Shown: piece by piece, positions 27,990-32,952 of the stretch | Layout: each line of letters starts with the position of its first letter | Numbering within the stretch: position 1 is the stretch's first letter | From: Candidatus Latescibacterota bacterium | GTDB taxonomy: Bacteria > Latescibacterota > UBA2968 > UBA8231 | Assembly (NCBI GenBank): GCA_965205655.1 | Contig: CBDBIJ010000016.1 | Span: 1 to 32,952 of the forward strand | Reading direction: 5' to 3' | DNA: 32,952 nucleotides | Translations under genes and position numbers: made by a program | Notes under the pieces: generated by a model | The model's input: only the letters and a program-made list of their open reading frames with translations | Told to the model about the DNA's origin: nothing | The model's database searches: none

Positions 27990-28895
27990 GTGAAGGGGGA
28001 AGCATTTCATCAGCTGCAGACCGAGGAGTTGTCTCTGATCGTCGGCGACAACTCGGCGCATGAGCATCATCTGTCAGGCTACAACGGTATCTGGCAGATC
28101 ACGTCGATCCACGATCGCGACCCTCTGTTCGTGCCCCCGTACTGCGGCATGAATTTCGAGTTTATCGCGCCGATGTCGCCAACCGACCCGACTGAGCCCA
28201 AGAATCACGCGACGGATCTGCGCGTTGAAGAGGCCGGTCGCGAGGTTACTCTACACCAGCCCCCAACTCCCACACACCACGTCGAGAGCTGGACGACCTA
28301 CCGGACTGCCGGGCCGGCGCACGTCGACTGGACCTTTCGCTACCGTTTGCACGATCCGGCCGCTTTCCCGACGGGAGTTGCCGGCTTCTTTTTTGCCAGC
28401 TACATCCACGAGCCGGTGAACAAGGCCATCTACGTGCTGAGCCGGGACGTGTATGACTCGCTGATGTGGGTTCAGTTCTGTGCGACCTTTCAGGGACGCG
28501 ACTGTGCCATCACCTGGGAAGAAGACGCCTACGAAATGCAGTTCGGACAGCGGGACCACGGCCTATACACCTCCCGGGCGCCGATTCGCTACGCTGTGCC
28601 GATGTTCCTCGGCCGGCGGCGAGATATGGCGTTTGCCCTCATGTTCGAACGGCCACAAGGGGTCGTGATCTGCCACGGAATGGGTGGCGGAGGGTTTGTG
28701 GCGAACAACTCGGACCGCAACCCGGCGTGGGACTTCCTGCTCTATACCGACGATGCCGCGTCTGAGCCGGAAGGGGCTTGGAAGGGCCGTCTGGTCTACA
28801 AACAGTTCAGAAGCCGCGATGACATTCTGATTGAATATCGCGACTTCCAGCACTCTCTCGGGCGCGAATGGGTGATCCCGCCGTACGGCGAATGA
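27990..28895 (+). CDS. Hypothetical protein, possibly galactose-mutarotase-like beta-sandwich
   Basis: 301-aa ORF with typical codon usage; motifs H.SGYNGI, GMNFE, FFASYI, NPAWDF. The fold is a guess. Confidence 0.6.
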   Translation: MKGEAFHQLQTEELSLIVGDNSAHEHHLSGYNGIWQITSIHDRDPLFVPPYCGMNFEFIAPMSPTDPTEPKNHATDLRVEEAGREVTLHQPPTPTHHVESWTTYRTAGPAHVDWTFRYRLHDPAAFPTGVAGFFFASYIHEPVNKAIYVLSRDVYDSLMWVQFCATFQGRDCAITWEEDAYEMQFGQRDHGLYTSRAPIRYAVPMFLGRRRDMAFALMFERPQGVVICHGMGGGGFVANNSDRNPAWDFLLYTDDAASEPEGAWKGRLVYKQFRSRDDILIEYRDFQHSLGREWVIPPYGE

Positions 28896-28917
28896 GAGAT
28901 TTCGCAGGTCCGGAGAT

Positions 28918-30603
28918 TCAAGGCAACCCTTTGTTAGGGGCCTCCCGTGCAGGCACAATTTTGAACACGTAATTCGTTGGTTCAGGCGTTGTGTGCACGA
29001 CGGCAAAGTTTTTTGGATAGGCCTCGATCACCGGAATCAGGTATTTAACCTTATCCGGAAAAAAGGGAAGGTTGTCCACGACGACATAGTCGAACGACGA
29101 CTCCAACCCCTCCCACGCCTCCTCTATATTCTTTGTCCGTGGAAATACGGCGCTCTCCCTCCGGGACCAGAACCACATCAGAGAGGGTTTTCGAGCTGCA
29201 ATACGACTTTCAGGCGGCGTATGATCCCGGGCCCAGAGTGCGGCCCGGTAATAGTTCTCCCAGTACCCGGGGTAGCCCTCCTGGGATCGCTTCAATGAAA
29301 TGAACGCAACATTCGAGTGGTAGGAGCACAGAAGAAGCAAAACCGCCGAAACCACGAAGCTAGCTTTCACCGCGAACGCATTGCGGAGGAGACCGATCGC
29401 AACATCCAAACCCCGAAAAAGGTAAAGCATCAAGAATGGGAGAACCGGAATCAGGTAGCGATCGGGCGATGCGGGAAGCGCGAACAAAACGACGAAATAC
29501 CCCAGCACATACCAATCGTGGATCTCGGCCGCCTTCAAGATCGAGATGGGCTTGCGATCCATCAGCTGCCTCCCGGCGATGAATCTCGCAACGATCAAAG
29601 CCAGGAACAGCCATGCCTCACCGAGAAAATCGTAGGCAAGGAAAACATCTCCAAGGTTCCTAAGGTAGTCCTGAGGATTCTTCCTGAGCACGAGGTGGAA
29701 CAGATTGTGCCAGAAGTCTCCTATTTCTTCGTCAGCTATGTACTCACCGCGACTGATCTGGACGAGCATGGCTGAGAAATGACCGAGCCCTTTAGTGAAC
29801 TTTGCCTTGAGGAACAGCATCCAGGGCACAACCCAGGCGCCGACTCCCGCAGCAAGGAGGGCAGACCTGCTAACCTGTCCCCTCACAAGCAGGTAAACTA
29901 CCGCCGCAATGGCGATGAAAAGACCAGAATCCTTGATGTGATACGCCCATCCCAGGGCACATGAAGCACCGATCAACCAGCGCCAGGACAGGTCCGGACG
30001 ATCCACGTAGCGAAGCGTGACATAAAGGGCGAGGAGGGAGAAAGAGCTGTACGGCATGTCGGCGTTCAGCTGCGTGGAATAGTCGACCGACACTGGAAGC
30101 GCTGCGGAAAGCACGGCAATCGTCAGGGCTCGATTCACAGAGGTGAACCTTTTCAGAACAAGAAAGCCGAACAGCGGAAAAAGTACGCCCGTGGAGGCCG
30201 CGACTACCTTCATCGCGATCACAGAATTGTCGAATAGCGCGAGCGGCGGCACCAGCAGAGCCTTGAAGCCCAGCCCGTACTGGGTGTCGAGGAGCGGCTT
30301 TCCTTCCAGAAGCTGCATGGCATCTCTGATGTTGACAATATTGTCTCCGATGATCCGCACCCAGGGATTACACGTCATTATGTAGACTCCCGCGATCGAC
30401 AGCGCGCACGCCAACGACCACGGGAGATAGCGGGTCTCAGAGATCATCCCTGTATTCGACAGAATGATTGCACATAGCGGCACGCCAATGAAAACGAGGG
30501 TGAGAATCAAGTGGAACGGCCGCAGCGTCTCGCCCGGTTCCGCGACGATCAGGAGAGCCAAAGCAGCGCAGGCAAACGCCAGAAGCGACTTTTTCCAGTT
30601 CAC
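28918..30603 (-). CDS. Polytopic membrane protein, ArnT/PMT-like GT-C glycosyltransferase
   Basis: About 12 hydrophobic segments; early GD motif (IIGDN), ADMPY, late RYLIPVLPF, soluble C-terminal domain (AALWARDHTP..RKP). Likely GTG start at 30603. Confidence 0.7.
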   Translation of the reverse strand: MNWKKSLLAFACAALALLIVAEPGETLRPFHLILTLVFIGVPLCAIILSNTGMISETRYLPWSLACALSIAGVYIMTCNPWVRIIGDNIVNIRDAMQLLEGKPLLDTQYGLGFKALLVPPLALFDNSVIAMKVVAASTGVLFPLFGFLVLKRFTSVNRALTIAVLSAALPVSVDYSTQLNADMPYSSFSLLALYVTLRYVDRPDLSWRWLIGASCALGWAYHIKDSGLFIAIAAVVYLLVRGQVSRSALLAAGVGAWVVPWMLFLKAKFTKGLGHFSAMLVQISRGEYIADEEIGDFWHNLFHLVLRKNPQDYLRNLGDVFLAYDFLGEAWLFLALIVARFIAGRQLMDRKPISILKAAEIHDWYVLGYFVVLFALPASPDRYLIPVLPFLMLYLFRGLDVAIGLLRNAFAVKASFVVSAVLLLLCSYHSNVAFISLKRSQEGYPGYWENYYRAALWARDHTPPESRIAARKPSLMWFWSRRESAVFPRTKNIEEAWEGLESSFDYVVVDNLPFFPDKVKYLIPVIEAYPKNFAVVHTTPEPTNYVFKIVPAREAPNKGLP

Positions 30604-30629
30604 GTTCGGAGGCGTCCCTCTATCGAGTT

Positions 30630-31535
30630 CTAACCGTTCGATAGGGATCGGTGTACAGGACCGGCGACTGGAATTTCCATCAGGTCTTCGCCCCAGATGA
30701 TATCGCCGTCGTAGATTGCCATCATTTCCTTGAGAATTCGCTCGCGGATGCCGGGCTGGTCGATCTGATCCATGACGTGCGTCAGCACCAGCGTCCTGAC
30801 GCCGGCCTGCCTGGCAACATGAGCAGTGTCGATATGACTGCCGCACGATTGCCGAAATACGGCGGATGGCTCGGCACCAGACGTGAACTGGTTCATATGA
30901 ATCAACACATCGACTCCATTCGCGAGGTCTATCAAGGTCTTGCAGACTCCTCCGCTGTCTCCGGAATAGCAGAGTGACCCGTCAGCGGAATCCAGGCGAA
31001 AGCCGTAGCACTCCAGCTGAGGCTGCACGTGAGAGACTTCCCCTACGCGGATATTCCAGCCGTCGCCCTGAACAACGTCACCCGGCTTAATCTCTTGAAC
31101 TTGCGGGGCCGGCGGTTGGCGGGGCACCTTGCCGCCACGCAATTCGTAAATTTCCACGCTAAGTTGATGATTGCAGCGGGCGTCGATGTCGGGGCCGAAT
31201 ACTCCGTCAGCAGCGAATAGCTGATCAGTCATACGCCGAATTGGTGACGGTCCGAACACCTTCAATTCGGGGATCTGACCGGCGCCCATATCCCATCTCT
31301 GAAGCACCAGACGCGGATAGTCCATGCAATGGTCGTAGTGGAGATGGCTTATGAAGCAATGCGTTACTTCGGTCGCTTTGCGACCGGTTTCGAGCAATCG
31401 ATGGTGGGCTCCGGCGCCGTGATCCAGGACGATTACGTCACTCCCGACATCGATCAAAATTCCCGAGCAGACTCGCTTGAGAGATGGTGCTGGCGTCCCC
31501 GTGCCGAGCAGCGTGACTTTCATTGGTTGCCTCAT
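30630..31535 (-). CDS. MBL-fold metallo-hydrolase (RNase Z/ElaC/AtsA-like)
   Basis: MKVTLLGTGTP, SHLHYDH, YGFRLD, YSGDS, DVLIH, LVLTH; start at 31535 or 31523. Confidence 0.88.
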   Translation of the reverse strand: MRQPMKVTLLGTGTPAPSLKRVCSGILIDVGSDVIVLDHGAGAHHRLLETGRKATEVTHCFISHLHYDHCMDYPRLVLQRWDMGAGQIPELKVFGPSPIRRMTDQLFAADGVFGPDIDARCNHQLSVEIYELRGGKVPRQPPAPQVQEIKPGDVVQGDGWNIRVGEVSHVQPQLECYGFRLDSADGSLCYSGDSGGVCKTLIDLANGVDVLIHMNQFTSGAEPSAVFRQSCGSHIDTAHVARQAGVRTLVLTHVMDQIDQPGIRERILKEMMAIYDGDIIWGEDLMEIPVAGPVHRSLSNG

Positions 31536-31573
31536 GTGCAGGTTTTCGTAAGTATGGTGCCGGTGACGGGCTC

Positions 31574-32929
31574 TCAGTCTATCCGAAAAGTGGTCCCTGC
31601 GATGAAGCGGACCAGCTCGGGCTCGGGAATCGGCTCGTCCCCATCTTTCTCCGTCCACCAGTAGGCCGTGAAAATCCGTCCGTCCGGGAGCTCGGTGAGT
31701 ACCGGATAGCCCAGATCCCAGCAGTAGGCGTCGCCGCGGACGACGAACTCCGCGCTCCACGTCTCGCCCAGGTCATCGCTGACGACGCCGACGATGCCGC
31801 GACATCCTCGATCCGCAGTGCGACGGGCGAACAGGATGACGATGCGCCCGTCGCGAGTGACCAGCGCCACCGGACAGCGCTGCCTGGAGTTGTCCTTCAT
31901 CCCTTCCTCGTTGCGCGGCGCCGATTCCGCGCGAGGCCCGGTGACAGGACCGCAGAATGTGCCCGGTGTGGTGACGAACTCCGGAGCCGGCCAGGTCATG
32001 CCGTCGTTGGTGGAGAATGCGACGCAGGGTGTTTCGAAGTCCGGCGTCGACCCCCAATGCTGATGCATGCAGGTCATCAGCCGTCCGTCCGGCAGCCGGT
32101 GCATGCCTGAGTAGTTGTAGCCGGCGAACATGTCGCCGTCGATGGGCGTGATGTTCGGGCTGATGCGGGCGACGTCGCTGACATACTCGAAGCTGACGCC
32201 GTTGTTGTAACTCACATAGTAGGCGCAGATGTTGCGCCGGTAGATCCCTCCGACGATGCCGAGCACTCCGTTGTCGAAACGGACGTGGCCGAGGTTGACC
32301 GACAGGAAGCCGCCTCCGGGTGCCCACCTGGGCGCGTCCAACAGCGTCGCGTGTTTCTCCCAGGTGCGGCCGCGGTCGGTGCTGCGTACGCAGAACGACT
32401 GGAAGTGCTTCGGTTTCCCCAGGTGAAAGTTGACCTCCTTGTTCGGATCGTTCAACGATCCTCCGATCGGCCATTTCAGGCTACTCTCTGCCTCGCAGAA
32501 GTGGATGATCGAGTTCGGGTCGCCAAGGTCGATCTCCTCGCGCTCGCCGATGTCGCGCGGGCGCAGCCAGTCGAGCGTTTCGTCGATCGTTCGGTTGTTG
32601 TTCCAGATCCACTGGCGCTCGCTCTCGGGCCAGGTCTCGCCCCAGTCGAGGGAACGGCTCAGCATGACCCCGGACTCGCTGCCCCACTTCTCGTGCGCAC
32701 CCTGGAACGCACGGGAGCCACCGCCGTGGCGTTTGTACCCCGCCGGCAGATCGTCTGTGTAGTTCATCGGCACGGCGATGTAGGCGAGGGCGATCTCGCC
32801 GTCACCGAAGTTCCAGATTCCACCTCGGTTGGGGGCGAACGGGTACAGATGGTCGTCGTGGTGGATCTTGACGTGCCTGACGTCGCTGACTTCGGCTGAG
32901 CGAACGCCGACAGTTCGTTTCGATTCCAT
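31574..32929 (-). CDS. BNR/Asp-box repeat protein (sialidase-like beta-propeller)
   Basis: Five Asp-boxes (SLDWGETW, STDRGRTW, SYNNGVSF, STNDGMTW, SDDLGETW) and DLGYP; AAGGAGGG RBS; no signal peptide evident. Confidence 0.85.
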   Translation of the reverse strand: MESKRTVGVRSAEVSDVRHVKIHHDDHLYPFAPNRGGIWNFGDGEIALAYIAVPMNYTDDLPAGYKRHGGGSRAFQGAHEKWGSESGVMLSRSLDWGETWPESERQWIWNNNRTIDETLDWLRPRDIGEREEIDLGDPNSIIHFCEAESSLKWPIGGSLNDPNKEVNFHLGKPKHFQSFCVRSTDRGRTWEKHATLLDAPRWAPGGGFLSVNLGHVRFDNGVLGIVGGIYRRNICAYYVSYNNGVSFEYVSDVARISPNITPIDGDMFAGYNYSGMHRLPDGRLMTCMHQHWGSTPDFETPCVAFSTNDGMTWPAPEFVTTPGTFCGPVTGPRAESAPRNEEGMKDNSRQRCPVALVTRDGRIVILFARRTADRGCRGIVGVVSDDLGETWSAEFVVRGDAYCWDLGYPVLTELPDGRIFTAYWWTEKDGDEPIPEPELVRFIAGTTFRID

Positions 32930-32952
32930 GAATCAACCCTCCTTCGATAGGC

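Overview
GC-rich bacterial chromosomal segment. Its gene content (FlgD-Ig/'QNYPNPFNP' domain, sulfatases, many beta-propeller proteins) suggests an FCB-superphylum/Latescibacterota-like or Poribacteria-like organism; this is inference only. From left to right: three tandem paralogous secreted beta-propeller (GH32/GH43-clan-like) genes with swapped N-terminal modules; a further repeat-propeller gene; a small coiled-coil/TM gene with its own promoter; a sulfatase; modABC; a DapA-family protein that lacks the usual catalytic residues; and a metallophosphoesterase. Next comes a three-layer nested IS stack (IS3-family inside IS256-family inside IS30-family), then an aldo/keto reductase and a small double Zn-finger-like gene. 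An ~8.5 kb minus-strand operon follows: promoter, sulfatase, ~1,020-aa predicted outer-membrane beta-barrel with Ca-binding-like repeats, amidohydrolase, AGE-family epimerase, small hypothetical, PhyH-family dioxygenase. The window ends with a hypothetical gene and a GT-C membrane protein, an MBL hydrolase and a BNR-repeat protein. About 13 small indels, mostly +1 in homopolymers, split otherwise intact genes and probably reflect long-read error. No rRNA, tRNA, CRISPR array or reverse transcriptase was seen. The best candidate for an undescribed system is the operon built around the giant barrel protein, possibly a non-SusCD glycan-uptake locus.
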